A stretch of DNA of 64,000 nucleotides, taken from Nitrospirota bacterium. Lineage in GTDB: Bacteria; Nitrospirota; UBA9217. Positions 19,866-29,900 of the stretch are shown here, one piece after another. The notes under the pieces are model-generated. The model searched no databases. It was not told the origin of the DNA and saw only the letters and a program-made list of their open reading frames with translations. The translations under genes were made by a program, and so were the position numbers. The stretch spans positions 512,001 to 576,000 of the forward strand of contig CAWBNQ010000003.1 of the NCBI GenBank assembly GCA_963790205.1. The letters are read 5' to 3'. Each line of letters opens with the position of its first letter. The first letter of the stretch is position 1.

Positions 19866-20354
19866 ATGATGTCTTTTCCGTCTTCCGGGAATATTCGAGA
19901 GGCTCCTCTGCCGGTGGTCCTGCAGGAACTGCAGCAGGGCAAGGCCACCGGGGCTTTGATCGTCCGCCGCAGCGGCGTGGAGAAGTGCATCTACGTGAAG
20001 AACGGTCAGATCGTCTTCGCCACCTCCTCGGACGGCCGTGACCGGCTGGGAGAAATGCTGGTGAAGGCCGGCCTGCTCTCCCGCGAGCATCTCGACGCGG
20101 CGCTCAAGCTGTATCAGAAAAACGCAGGGTTCAAGAAGATCGGCGCGATCCTCGTCGAGAATGGTTTTGTTTCTCCCCGGGACCTGTTTGCAGGACTGAA
20201 GTCCCAGGTAAAGGACATTCTCACCAGTCTCTTCCTGTGGGACGACGCCGAGTACCGCTTCGAGGACCGCCTTCCCCCCGATGTCATTCAGCTCCAGTTC
20301 AATCTCCCGGAATTGATCGCCGAGATCATAGAGCGGATAAAGCGGGAAGTATAA
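19866..20354 (+). CDS. DUF4388 (PatA-N-like) domain protein
   Basis: 'SGNIREAPLPVVLQEL..GKATGAL', 'RLGEMLVKAGLL', 'LFLWDDAEYRF'. Confidence 0.82.
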   Translation: MMSFPSSGNIREAPLPVVLQELQQGKATGALIVRRSGVEKCIYVKNGQIVFATSSDGRDRLGEMLVKAGLLSREHLDAALKLYQKNAGFKKIGAILVENGFVSPRDLFAGLKSQVKDILTSLFLWDDAEYRFEDRLPPDVIQLQFNLPELIAEIIERIKREV

Positions 20355-20608
20355 CCGTTCACGCGCAGTTTCTCCCCATAGATTTTACAGGCAGACGATC
20401 AAACAGCACCGCCATTTTTTTTATTGTCCTTTCGGCCGGTTACGGGTATAATTTCTCCGAAATCTTCAGAAATCAAGGCGTCTCTCGCACCCTGCACTCG
20501 CGCCAGGCACGCCCTGCATTCGCGTAAACACTCATAAGCGCCGGGTGCAGGCTCGTAAAAGCCGGGCGCGGGCGAAGGCTCAAAAAAAACAGGAAGGACA
20601 TTGTCCTC

Positions 20609-20807
20609 TAACAGGTCGCTGAAAAAGTCTTTAGCCGTCTTTGCGAGAGGTCCCTCGCCGTCATTGCGAGCAAAGCGAAGCAATCTCGCTTTTTAATGGC
20701 TCAGGATAAACCCACGATCTCGCAGTTCGTAACCGATTGAAAAACGAGATTGCCGCGTCGCTCCGCTCCTCGCAATGACATTTCGAGGGTTTTTCAGCAA
20801 CCTGCTA
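20609..20807. mobile_element. MITE-like element (18-bp TIR) carrying an internal GTCATTGCGAG...CTCGCAATGAC palindrome
   Basis: TAACAGGTCGCTGAAAAA vs reverse complement TAGCAGGTTGCTGAAAAA (16/18); internal palindrome at 20660-20779. Confidence 0.65.
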
Positions 20808-20918
20808 ACGAACCCTTTGAAGGCAAATGCTTTCTCAGCGTCTTAGTGCCTTTGTGGTGAAAATTTTCTTTTTATTTTGAGTAGAATTTGATTCTTTAGT
20901 TACTCCGTGGAGTGAACC

Positions 20919-21488
20919 GTGAAAGCCCTGGAGCATGCTTCATTTCCCGCCATAGCGGAGCGAGTCGGAGCTCTGTATAACGAAGAACAGGACGCCCTGC
21001 TCCTTGCCCTGCTCGGCCAGGAATACATCATCCGTCGTGACGGCATTTCACTCCGCGGGCAAAAGGCCCCCGACAGCCATGCGTCGGTGATCCTGGACTA
21101 TCTCTTCTCCTCCGGTACGGCGCTTACCCTCCTGCCCTGGCGCGCCATCGGCGATTTCCCCGGAGCACGGTGCGCCGATTTCAGAAAGAACGTGGAACTG
21201 CCGGTCGCGCAGCATGCGGCCGAGGTCATCACCCGGGCGCAGGCGATCCTCCCGATGTTCGACGGCACCGGTGTGCCGAGCCTCATCGGAAGCGACATGG
21301 CGATCACGATGAGGGCGCTGCCGAAGGTGTATCTGCGCGTGGAACTGTCCCAGGAGACACAGGATTTTCCCTCCGAGGCGTGGGTCCTGTTCTCGAACAA
21401 CGCCCACGAATTTCTGAACGCGGAGAACCTGCAGGCGCTCGGTGAAACCTTCAAGGACAGGCTGCTGAGCCTGATAAGGATCTATTGA
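20919..21488 (+). CDS. DUF3786-like protein
   Basis: 'LALLGQEY', 'VILDYL', 'ALPKV.L......DFPSEA.VLF'. Confidence 0.75.
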   Translation: MKALEHASFPAIAERVGALYNEEQDALLLALLGQEYIIRRDGISLRGQKAPDSHASVILDYLFSSGTALTLLPWRAIGDFPGARCADFRKNVELPVAQHAAEVITRAQAILPMFDGTGVPSLIGSDMAITMRALPKVYLRVELSQETQDFPSEAWVLFSNNAHEFLNAENLQALGETFKDRLLSLIRIY

Positions 21489-21489
21489 A

Positions 21490-22269
21490 ATGCGGATTGC
21501 GGAACTGAGCCCGGCAGATCGCTTTGTCCTTGCCTTGGACCTGGATAACGATCAGGAAGCGCTCGGCATCGTTGAGGAACTCAAGGGAGTCGTAGGCGTA
21601 TTCAAGGTCGGTCATCAGCTCTTCACGGCCTACGGCCCGGACATCGTGCGCAGGATCATTGGCAGGGGCGGCAGGGTCTTTCTTGATCTCAAATACCACG
21701 ATATCCCGACCACCGTTGCCAAGGCTTCGGCTGAGGCGGTCAAGCTCGGCGCAAGCATGTTTAACGTCCATGCCCTCGGCGGGTTCGACATGATGAAGGC
21801 CGCCGCGGAATCGGCACGGGAGACGGCGGACAAGCTCGGCGTGCCCGCGCCGGTGGCGCTGGCGGTGACGGTCCTGACGAGCATGGACGAAAAAACACTG
21901 CGCAAAGAGCTCAAGATCATGCGCTCGCTCCAGCGGGAAGTGAGCCACCTGGCGCGCCTGGCCCGGCGCGCGGGCATGCACGGCGTGGTCGCGTCGCCGC
22001 AGGAGATCAAGATGCTCCGGAGGGCCGTGCGCGGCGGATTTGTCATTCTCACTCCCGGGGTGCGGCCGGCGTGGGCGGGCAAGGACGATCAGAAAAGGAC
22101 GATGACCCCCGCCGAGGCTGTTGCGGCCGGCGCGGACTATATCGTGATCGGCAGGCCGGTGCTTAAGGCGGCGGACCGGAACGAAGCGGTAGGGAAAATC
22201 ATAGCGGAAATCGAAGCGGGCGTATCGGGCACAGATACACGCGGGAAAAAGGATAAAAGACGGGAATGA
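21490..22269 (+). CDS. pyrF: Orotidine-5'-phosphate decarboxylase
   Basis: 'LALD', 'FKVG', 'FLDLKYHDIPTTV', 'AVTVLTS', 'LTPGVRP', 'DQKR..TP', 'VIGRP'. Confidence 0.97.
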   Translation: MRIAELSPADRFVLALDLDNDQEALGIVEELKGVVGVFKVGHQLFTAYGPDIVRRIIGRGGRVFLDLKYHDIPTTVAKASAEAVKLGASMFNVHALGGFDMMKAAAESARETADKLGVPAPVALAVTVLTSMDEKTLRKELKIMRSLQREVSHLARLARRAGMHGVVASPQEIKMLRRAVRGGFVILTPGVRPAWAGKDDQKRTMTPAEAVAAGADYIVIGRPVLKAADRNEAVGKIIAEIEAGVSGTDTRGKKDKRRE

Positions 22270-22371
22270 TCAAGGGCGGCGTTCCGCATTCGTTCTTTCG
22301 CTTTCGATCCTGTTTCATCCGCGTTGATCTGCGAAACTACTTGCCTAACATGATAGAAGGAGCAATCGCGA

Positions 22372-22947
22372 ATGACTTCAGAAGAGGTATTGGACATTTA
22401 CAAGAAAACCGGCGCGCTCTTGACCGGCCACTTCCTGCTTTCCTCGGGCCTGCACAGCGAACAGTATCTCCAGTCCGCACTCGTACTGCAGCAACCGGAC
22501 ATCGCCAGCGCGCTGTGCGCCGCGCTGGCGGAACATTTCAGGAATTCCAGCATCGAAGCGGTCATCGCCCCGGCGCTCGGGGGCGTGTTCGTGTCCCACG
22601 AGACCGCGCGGGCGCTCAAGGTGCGGGCGCTGTTTGCCGAGCGCGTGAACGGCGAGCTCACGCTCCGGCGCGGCTTCACGATCAGGCCGGGCGAGCGCGT
22701 GCTCGTGGTCGAGGACGTGATCACGACCGGCAAGTCCACCAGGGAGACCATTGAGGTCGTAAAAAAGTCGGGGGGTACGGTTGTCGCCGCGGGTTCCCTG
22801 GTGGACCGTTCGGGCGGCAAAGCGGACCTCGGCGTGCCGTACAAGGCGCTCGTGACGCTGCACGTTCCCGCCTATCCCCCCGAGTCCTGTCCCCTCTGTA
22901 AGGCGGGCGGCAAACCAATCAAGCCGGGAAGCAGGGGATTGATTTAA
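22372..22947 (+). CDS. pyrE: Orotate phosphoribosyltransferase
   Basis: 'GHFLLSSGLHS', PRPP motif 'VLVVEDVITTGKS'; adjacent to pyrF. Confidence 0.96.
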   Translation: MTSEEVLDIYKKTGALLTGHFLLSSGLHSEQYLQSALVLQQPDIASALCAALAEHFRNSSIEAVIAPALGGVFVSHETARALKVRALFAERVNGELTLRRGFTIRPGERVLVVEDVITTGKSTRETIEVVKKSGGTVVAAGSLVDRSGGKADLGVPYKALVTLHVPAYPPESCPLCKAGGKPIKPGSRGLI

Positions 22948-23018
22948 AGGGCCTGCTCTCCCCTCATAGTTGATGGGGATGCTTGTTATTGACGGCTCAT
23001 CGGATTGTTGTTTTTTCT

Positions 23019-23186
23019 GCACATCCCCTTCGCGGTCTGAACGAAATTTTTGACCCGTCTAAGGCCGCGTCCGCTCGCCCGCGTAAACTCGGCCTGCGGC
23101 CTCAGACATGCGCGTTCGCCCGTGGGGACGCTTCCTTAGGCCAAGACGGGCGCCCAAAATTTCGTAGGCCCGCTCCGGGGACGTGC
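23019..23186. repeat. Long imperfect hairpin (~170 nt), repeat element or ncRNA
   Basis: Nested pairs: GCACATCCCC/GGGGACGTGC, ACGAAATTTT/AAAATTTCGT, CCCGTCT/AGACGGG, GCGTCC/GGACGC. Confidence 0.65.
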
Positions 23187-23748
23187 GGGGGTTGGGTAAA
23201 GACTGAGAAGCAGTTCATTTGTGTCCTTGCTTTTCCAGAGGCCCCTGCATCCCGTGAACAGGGACGCGCTTTACATGCCCGGTAGAGAGCCCGGTGAACC
23301 ACAAATCATGCATGCGCGTGCGTAGCGTAAGCGCTCATGGATTGCCGCATTGACACGTAAAATAGAAGATATCCTGGCATGTCTGCGCGGAGCTGTGAGC
23401 GGCGGTGCAGAAAAAAGAAAAGGATCATGAACTTCCTGAAAGCGAGATCCGGCATCATTTCCCCGTCACCCTCTTCTTTTTTTTCAGATCAACAACGCTA
23501 TACAGATGGTAGGCGCAGTCAGGACCGACCAGCCTGCGGGCGGATTCGAGGGACAGCCTGATCTTCCCGCTCAGTATCAGGTTCCGGTACTGATACCGGA
23601 GCCGTATTTCGTCGCTCTTCCGGATCATGATTGCACCGATGCAGGACGAAAGAAAACGTCCACATTCCAGCGCTATCCCTTCTGAGATCCTCGGCCTCTA
23701 TTCTTTCTGATGCAATACCGGTGGTAGAGAACTTGTTCTCCAACGGGT

Positions 23749-25152
23749 TTACTTGCCGAATTGAGCTTCAAGGGTGGCCGTAAAGGCAAAGGTGGAATTC
23801 CTCCTGCCGTGCACATCTTTCGGCCAGGTGACCTCGGGGGAAAGCTCAAAGAATAGCCAGGACCGGTAAAAATTCCGGCGATAGAGCGATCCGATCCGGT
23901 AATCTTGAACAACCCAATCCGGATGGCTCACTCCCCACATGCTGGTATCGTAAGAAATGGCGCTCTTGGGCGTCAATTGACTGAAAAGACTGATCCCGGT
24001 ATTCCAGGTTACGCCGGCCGTGCCTTCAGAATAGGTTGCATAATTGCTCCACCGCAGGAGCGTAAAGGTGGTGATTTTCTTTTCAAGATCAAGCTCTGAC
24101 GTTTCAGTGAAACCTTCAATATATCGATCGAGAGCGGTTTCGTTGAAGCGTAAGAGGTAAGCCTTGCCAAGGGTCTTCGTGTACTGGTACCGCAGCCGGG
24201 CAAAAGGATCGAGGGGCCAGTGGGCCTTGATGCCCATGTCATAGCTGACCAGTGAACGGAGCAAGGTTAGAAAATCCGCCCGCACGCCAACGGTGGGACT
24301 TCTGGCGCCCGTTGCGGGGTCGAGTCCCGGATCGACGGCCTGACCGGGCTGAGTAGTGAATTTATCGGCAGTGGACCTTGATTCGACGACTAATCTCGCT
24401 TTTTTCAGGAGCCTGTCCAGGTTGGGCAAACGATACCGGAAAGAGAAATCGCGGAGATACGTAAAGCCCTGCCCCTCGGTCCACCGGGCGGAATTTCTCC
24501 ATCTGACGAAAGCGCCGGGCCGGACGTCTTCCAGCGTATGTTCCTGACCGAAGAAGCTGTCAAACCACACCGCCGGCTCACAGAGGTTCTTATCCACGAA
24601 GCCATGGATCTGATCAAGCCATGTTCTTCCTTCCACTTCGGCGGTCGCGCACAGGTCTATTTTCGGCCCGGGTTTCTCCGGCAGGGTATGCGTCGGCGCG
24701 CTCACGAGGTTGCCGGCCGTCGGGGTAGGTTTTGTTACCGGCTGTTCTCCCGCTGGCGAAGGTGAAGGCGTAATCTGCCGGGTATTCGTCGGCGCGCTCA
24801 GGGGATTGCCGGCCGTCGGGATCGGTTTTGTTACCGGCTGTTCTCCCGCCGGCGAAGGTGGAGGCGTAATCTGCAGGGTGTTCGTTGGCGCGCTTACGGG
24901 CTTACTGTCTGTCGCAGCCGGATTTATGGACGGCTGTCCCGGGGTTTGAGCGGTTGCTCCCTGAAAACCGGCCCCGACAAGGATGAGAACGGCGCATACC
25001 GTGATCGTGAAACAGCCGAGACGTCCCGGAACAATCTTTCTGCACTGTTCGGCTTTGATATAACCCCCCTTGCCTCGGCATCGCACTCGAAAGTTCTCTG
25101 TTTTATAATAGCATAAACGATGAGGAGGATAAAGCGCGAATAGAGGGAGCAT
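23749..25152 (-). CDS. Putative outer-membrane beta-barrel protein with Pro/Thr-rich tandem repeat (start uncertain)
   Basis: Hydrophobic signal-like segment, 32-aa repeat, 'WFDSFFG', aromatic strands, ends LEAQFGK. Confidence 0.7.
   Translation of the reverse strand: MLPLFALYPPHRLCYYKTENFRVRCRGKGGYIKAEQCRKIVPGRLGCFTITVCAVLILVGAGFQGATAQTPGQPSINPAATDSKPVSAPTNTLQITPPPSPAGEQPVTKPIPTAGNPLSAPTNTRQITPSPSPAGEQPVTKPTPTAGNLVSAPTHTLPEKPGPKIDLCATAEVEGRTWLDQIHGFVDKNLCEPAVWFDSFFGQEHTLEDVRPGAFVRWRNSARWTEGQGFTYLRDFSFRYRLPNLDRLLKKARLVVESRSTADKFTTQPGQAVDPGLDPATGARSPTVGVRADFLTLLRSLVSYDMGIKAHWPLDPFARLRYQYTKTLGKAYLLRFNETALDRYIEGFTETSELDLEKKITTFTLLRWSNYATYSEGTAGVTWNTGISLFSQLTPKSAISYDTSMWGVSHPDWVVQDYRIGSLYRRNFYRSWLFFELSPEVTWPKDVHGRRNSTFAFTATLEAQFGK
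24693..24894. repeat. 96-bp in-frame tandem repeat (2.1 units)
   Basis: Units start at 24693, 24789 and 24885; encode SAPTNT.QITP.PSPAGEQPVTKP.PTAGN.. Confidence 0.9.
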
Positions 25153-25442
25153 GGACCGCCGACGAACAGGGAGCGGTCATCGTGCTGCTTGCCATACCCG
25201 TTGTCACGAGGCATTTTTTACTATCCCGCTCAATAACCGCTCATCGCTTTTCCCGGGTCCCCGCTGAAACAGAGCTTCTCTTAAGCTATAATAAACATAG
25301 AGCAACAGGTGATGCGGTCCTCTCTTTGATGTCCCTGCGGGCGTCGAAAAGCCGTCCCGCATTTTAAAAGAGAGCTCTCCGCCGCAAAAGTCGCTTCTCG
25401 CAAGAATATGACGGCAGTTCACAGCGCGCAGTGTTGACTATT

Positions 25443-25577
25443 TAGAGCCTGTATTTTAATTGCCGCTTCACTTAAGACCGTCATTCCTGCGAAGGCAGGA
25501 ATCCAGTCTTTTCAGGAGACTCTGGATGCCGGATCAAGTCCGGCATGATGAAAAAGGACATTTAAATAGAGGCTCTA
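25443..25577. mobile_element. MITE-like element (18-bp TIR) carrying an internal GTCATTCCTGCGAAGGCAGGAATCCAG palindrome
   Basis: TAGAGCCTGTATTTTAAT vs reverse complement TAGAGCCTCTATTTAAAT (16/18). Confidence 0.6.
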
Positions 25578-25598
25578 TTTATTCACGAGGGAACGATC

Positions 25599-26813
25599 AT
25601 GACCACGCGCATCGTAATCGTCGGCGGCGGTTTCGGCGGACTCGAGGCGGCCTTCTCCCTCAAGGGGCTCCTCAAGCGGCCTTTTGAGATCACCCTCATA
25701 GACCGGAGCGCCTATCATGCTTTTATCCCTTCGATCCATTTGATCGTATCAGGCAAAGTGAGCGCTGATAGTATCCGGATCCCCCTCAAGGCCGTGCTCG
25801 GGGCCGCGGGCATGATGTTCGTCCAGGACGAGGCGCTGACCGTGAACACGAAAAAGCGGGAAGTGACGACCGGCAACAGGACGCTCCCCTACGATTATCT
25901 CGTTATATCCAGCGGCGCGGAAAACAATTACTTCGGCGTGCCCGGCGCGGAGGAGTTTTCCTATCGCTTCCGCACGCCCGGGGACGCCGAACGCATCCGG
26001 GAGAAACTGGTGCAAATGCTCGCCACGGAGGCGGCTTGCCGCATCGTCCTGGCCGGGGGAGGCACCGAAGGGGTTGAAGTCATCGGAGAGGTGATCGATC
26101 TGATACGGGGCGAGGGGCGGGAAGAGGACCTGAAATCGGGCCGGATCGCGATCGACATGATCGAGGAAAAAACGCGTCTGCTTCCCAATTTCCCGATTGA
26201 GGTCCAGGACATCGTCGAAGAGTATTTGCGCGGGCAGGGCGTATCCTTGATCGCCGGCGACCGTATATCCGAAGTCGGAAAGGACGGCGTCGTGCTGGGC
26301 TCGGGACAGAACCGCGAGGCATCGATCCTCATCTGGTCAGGCGGCATCCAGCCCTCGAAGTTCATTCGCGAGCTGCCGCATTTAAAAGATCCCGGGGGAT
26401 GGCTCACGGTAACGGGCCTGCTCCACGCTCCAAAAGACGAACGGGTCTACGGGATCGGTGACGCGGTCGGCATTTCCAGCGATGACGGCCCGCTCGCGCT
26501 CCAGCGGCTCGCCTATCACGCCCAGGACCAGGCCCGCGTGGCGGCGCTCAACATCGCAGCGGACATCAGCGGCAGCGAAAAGGTGGCGTACAAACCCAGG
26601 ACCAGGCCGCAGCTTATCTCCATCGGCAGGGACATGGGGATCTTCACCCTCGAAGACCGGGTCTATTCCGGCCCCTGGGTGGTGACGCTCAAGAAGGCCG
26701 TGGAGAGAAAGCACCTCATGGCGTATCTCTCCAGGCCTGTTTCGTCGGCGATCTGGTCGCTGCTCCCGGGCGCGGGACTTGTCCGGCGCATGATGGCACG
26801 GATGTCCTCATAA
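25599..26813 (+). CDS. FAD-dependent oxidoreductase, type II NADH dehydrogenase family
   Basis: 'IVIVGGGFGG', 'YDYLVISSGA', second motif 'GGGTEGVE', 'VYGIGD'. Confidence 0.88.
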   Translation: MTTRIVIVGGGFGGLEAAFSLKGLLKRPFEITLIDRSAYHAFIPSIHLIVSGKVSADSIRIPLKAVLGAAGMMFVQDEALTVNTKKREVTTGNRTLPYDYLVISSGAENNYFGVPGAEEFSYRFRTPGDAERIREKLVQMLATEAACRIVLAGGGTEGVEVIGEVIDLIRGEGREEDLKSGRIAIDMIEEKTRLLPNFPIEVQDIVEEYLRGQGVSLIAGDRISEVGKDGVVLGSGQNREASILIWSGGIQPSKFIRELPHLKDPGGWLTVTGLLHAPKDERVYGIGDAVGISSDDGPLALQRLAYHAQDQARVAALNIAADISGSEKVAYKPRTRPQLISIGRDMGIFTLEDRVYSGPWVVTLKKAVERKHLMAYLSRPVSSAIWSLLPGAGLVRRMMARMSS

Positions 26814-26887
26814 GGCCGTTCGCGCGAATTGTTTCCGGACTCACCCTTGACAAGGGCTGTCCGCCGAAGCAGGCGCATGAAGCAAAA

Positions 26888-26914
26888 GAAAAGGGGCCCG
26901 AAGGCCCCTTTTTC
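26888..26914. terminator. Bidirectional intrinsic terminator
   Basis: AAAAGGGGCC-CGAA-GGCCCCTTTT between convergent genes. Confidence 0.85.
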
Positions 26915-26935
26915 TATTTTTATGTCATTTCTCCG

Positions 26936-29900
26936 TTATGGGGCAGTAAAGAGCGGCGCCTCGATAGTGGCGCTGTTGCCGTTCAGATCATTAACGCCGA
27001 TTTGCCACTGATACGTCACCCCGGTCGAAAGGGCCGACTGCGAGGCGCTCCCGTCCACATTGTACAAGACCGAGGTCGTCGTCAGGGTCCCATTCTGCGG
27101 ATAGTTCCACACAAAGCCCCCGTTGTTCTGGCCCACGAAAATATTATAGGAGTTGAAATTCGTGGGCAACGGGCTCGGCGCCGTCCAGGTGAACGTGGGC
27201 GTGTCGACGTTCGTGGCGTTCAAGTTTGTCGCAAAGTTGTCGAGCACGGCGGTCACTGTCGCGTTCAGGGTTTCTGATGTCCCGTCCGAGTAGGCGACTG
27301 CGAAGGCATAGGAATCACCCACCGTCGGCCTGACCGAGCCGAGGTTGATATAGAGATAGCCCTGCTGCCCGGCCTCCAGATCCAGGGGGACCGGGGTATT
27401 CGGCCCTGAGGTGAGCGTTGCCGCTACCGGCAGCTTCACATTGCCGGAAACCTGAATTTGCTGCAAGCTGTAAGATTCATTGCTGTTGTAGTCCTTGAAG
27501 TGGCTGGTGCTTACATTGGCGAATGCGTTTGCGCCCGAGAGCGTTTGGTTCACTCCCGATAAATTGCCGCTTACGGTCACTGAACTATTATTGCCGTTCG
27601 TATTGCCGATGTCCCCGAGGTCTATCGCGCCGTCCCCGTTCATATCGATGACGGCAATGGGCGTGTAGGTGCCGTTCGGCACGCCCGCGATGCTGTATGA
27701 CGCCGGGCTGGTTGACGGAAGAGTAACAGGCGTGAAGAATATGTGTTCTGTGCCGTTTGTCTTGCTGTCGAGGATCACGTACATTGTCTTTCCTGTGGTA
27801 AGCGTGGACGACGGGAACGAGATCGTGCCTGAAACAGTGTTCAGGCCCGTTGTCGCGTTTATGGTCGTCGAAGTCGGTGAAGACAATACGCTTTCCTGTC
27901 CATTCAGCGACGCAGTAACCGCAAAGTTATACGTTGAAGCGTTCGTAAGCCCGGACACGAATACATGACCGCTGTTATCGCTGGTTGCCGGGACCGTCAA
28001 TTTGGAGCTTGATTTGCTGACCGTGCCGGTTGCGTAGTAGATGTTGTAATGGTCGGAGAACTGATTGCCGTTGGTGTCCACAGCCGGTTTCCATTTGATA
28101 AGCGCGGTGTTGCTGCCGCGGCCTGTCACTTTTACGCTCTGGGGCGCGGGAAGCGGGGATGTCGGCGTGGGATCGGAAATCACGATGTCCGGGCTTATCA
28201 CGTCCGCATTCGTAACGCTGAAGCCGGCTGTACCGCCCAGGGGAGACGCTGCGTTTATCACCCCGGTCTCCGGGCTGCTCGTGTCCATCCAGGCCGCGAG
28301 CGAGTAATCACCCGGAGGAACGCCGCGGATGGTAAACGTCGGCGATGAAGCGAGGTCCGGGATGCTCGTACCCAGACCGGTTGTTCCGCCGCCGTTCATT
28401 TGCAGGACCACATAGACCCTTCCCGTGGAGCCGGACGAAGAGCTCACAATCCCCGAGACGGTGTAGAAGACGTTGGCGCTGAAATTCTCGTTTATGCCTC
28501 CGTTGTTCACGGTCAGCAATATGCTCGCGGGATAGAACGCGGATTCCGCTCCCGCAAGGCTCGGGGTGAGCGTGTAGTTTCCATTCGGGATATTGGAGAT
28601 GGTGTAATTCCCGCTTACGTCCGTCATTGCGGTCACGGTCGGCGACGTGTCGAGCGACAGGAGCACGCCCGGGAGCCAGGTGCTGCCGCCGAAGGTGTTG
28701 AGATACACCGTCCCGGAAATGTTGTAGCCGGTCCCGGTGGCGGCAATGAAGTTGACGCCCGTGATGTCGGCGCTGAGGAACTGCGCGCTGGGCGAAGAGA
28801 AAGTGTAGCCCGTCTCGGAGGCGGTTATGGTATAGGTCTGCCCGCTCAGCAGGTTCGGGATCGCGTAATTGCCGTTTGCGTCGGTCGTTGTGATGCCTCC
28901 GGCGCCGCCGGTCGCCGTTACGGTGACGCCCGGGAAGCCGATGCCGTTGAAGGTCACTTGTCCCGAGATGCCGTACGTCGGGAGAGGCGAGCCCGTGAAG
29001 TTGTTGCCAATAGAGTCCGCACCGGAAATAGTGACCGGTATGCTCGTGGGGCTGAATGTGTAGGTTGCAAGAGACGCTACGACCGAATACGTTCCGTCCG
29101 CGATATTGGAGAAACTATACTGACCGCCGTTGGTCGTCGTCGTGCTGGTTACAAGGTCGCCGCTTAAATTCACCGTGACCCCATCCGCGATTGCGCCGCT
29201 CACGGTGCCTGAGATGTGGTATGTCGGGATGACCGATGCAGTGAAATCAAGGGCCGCAGGGTCCGTGCTCGTTATCGTGACGGGCTGACTTGTTCCCGTG
29301 CTGAAGGTGTACCCGTACTTCGACGGAGTGACGGTGTACGATCCCGGAGAGAGGTTCGTGAAGCTGTAGTGGCCTCCGTTGGTCGTCGTGGTGCTGGTCA
29401 CAAGGTCTCCGCTCAAATTCATCGTGACCCCGTCGGCGATCGCGCCGCCCACCGTGCCGGAGAGGGTGAAGATCGAACTTCCCGGCGTATAGAACGGCGC
29501 CTCCAGGGTGGCGGTGTTGTTGTTCGCATCGGCCACGCTGACCATCCAGCCGTACGCTGTCCCGCCCGCAAGGGACGCAGGATTGGCTTTCCCGTCCGTA
29601 TTGTATGTGACCGTGGTCTGCGAGAACACGCCGTCTTGCGGATACTCCCAGACCGTGCCGCCCATATCCTGGAACACCGAGAGGGAATAGGCGGCATTTG
29701 CAGGCGGCGAAACCGGCGCCGTCCAACTGAAGGTCGGCGTGCCGTCGTTCGGCACGGGTGTGACCGTAAGCGTTTGAGCGAAGCTGTCGAGCACCGCGGT
29801 GACCGCCGAGGCAAGAGTTTCCGAAGATGCGTCGGAATAGGAGACCGAGAAACTATAGTTGTCTCCCGGAGAGGGCCTGTCCGTACCGAAGTCGATAAAG

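Noticed and set aside
23280..23745. Short ORFs between pyrE and the beta-barrel gene
   Set aside because: No convincing motif or RBS; possibly decayed coding DNA, but not assignable.
24765..24876. GCGTAATCTGC matches to the IS110 target inside the 96-bp coding repeat
   Set aside because: The right half diverges (GCCGG, GCAGG vs GTGGA) and the sites are unoccupied; probably codon coincidence.
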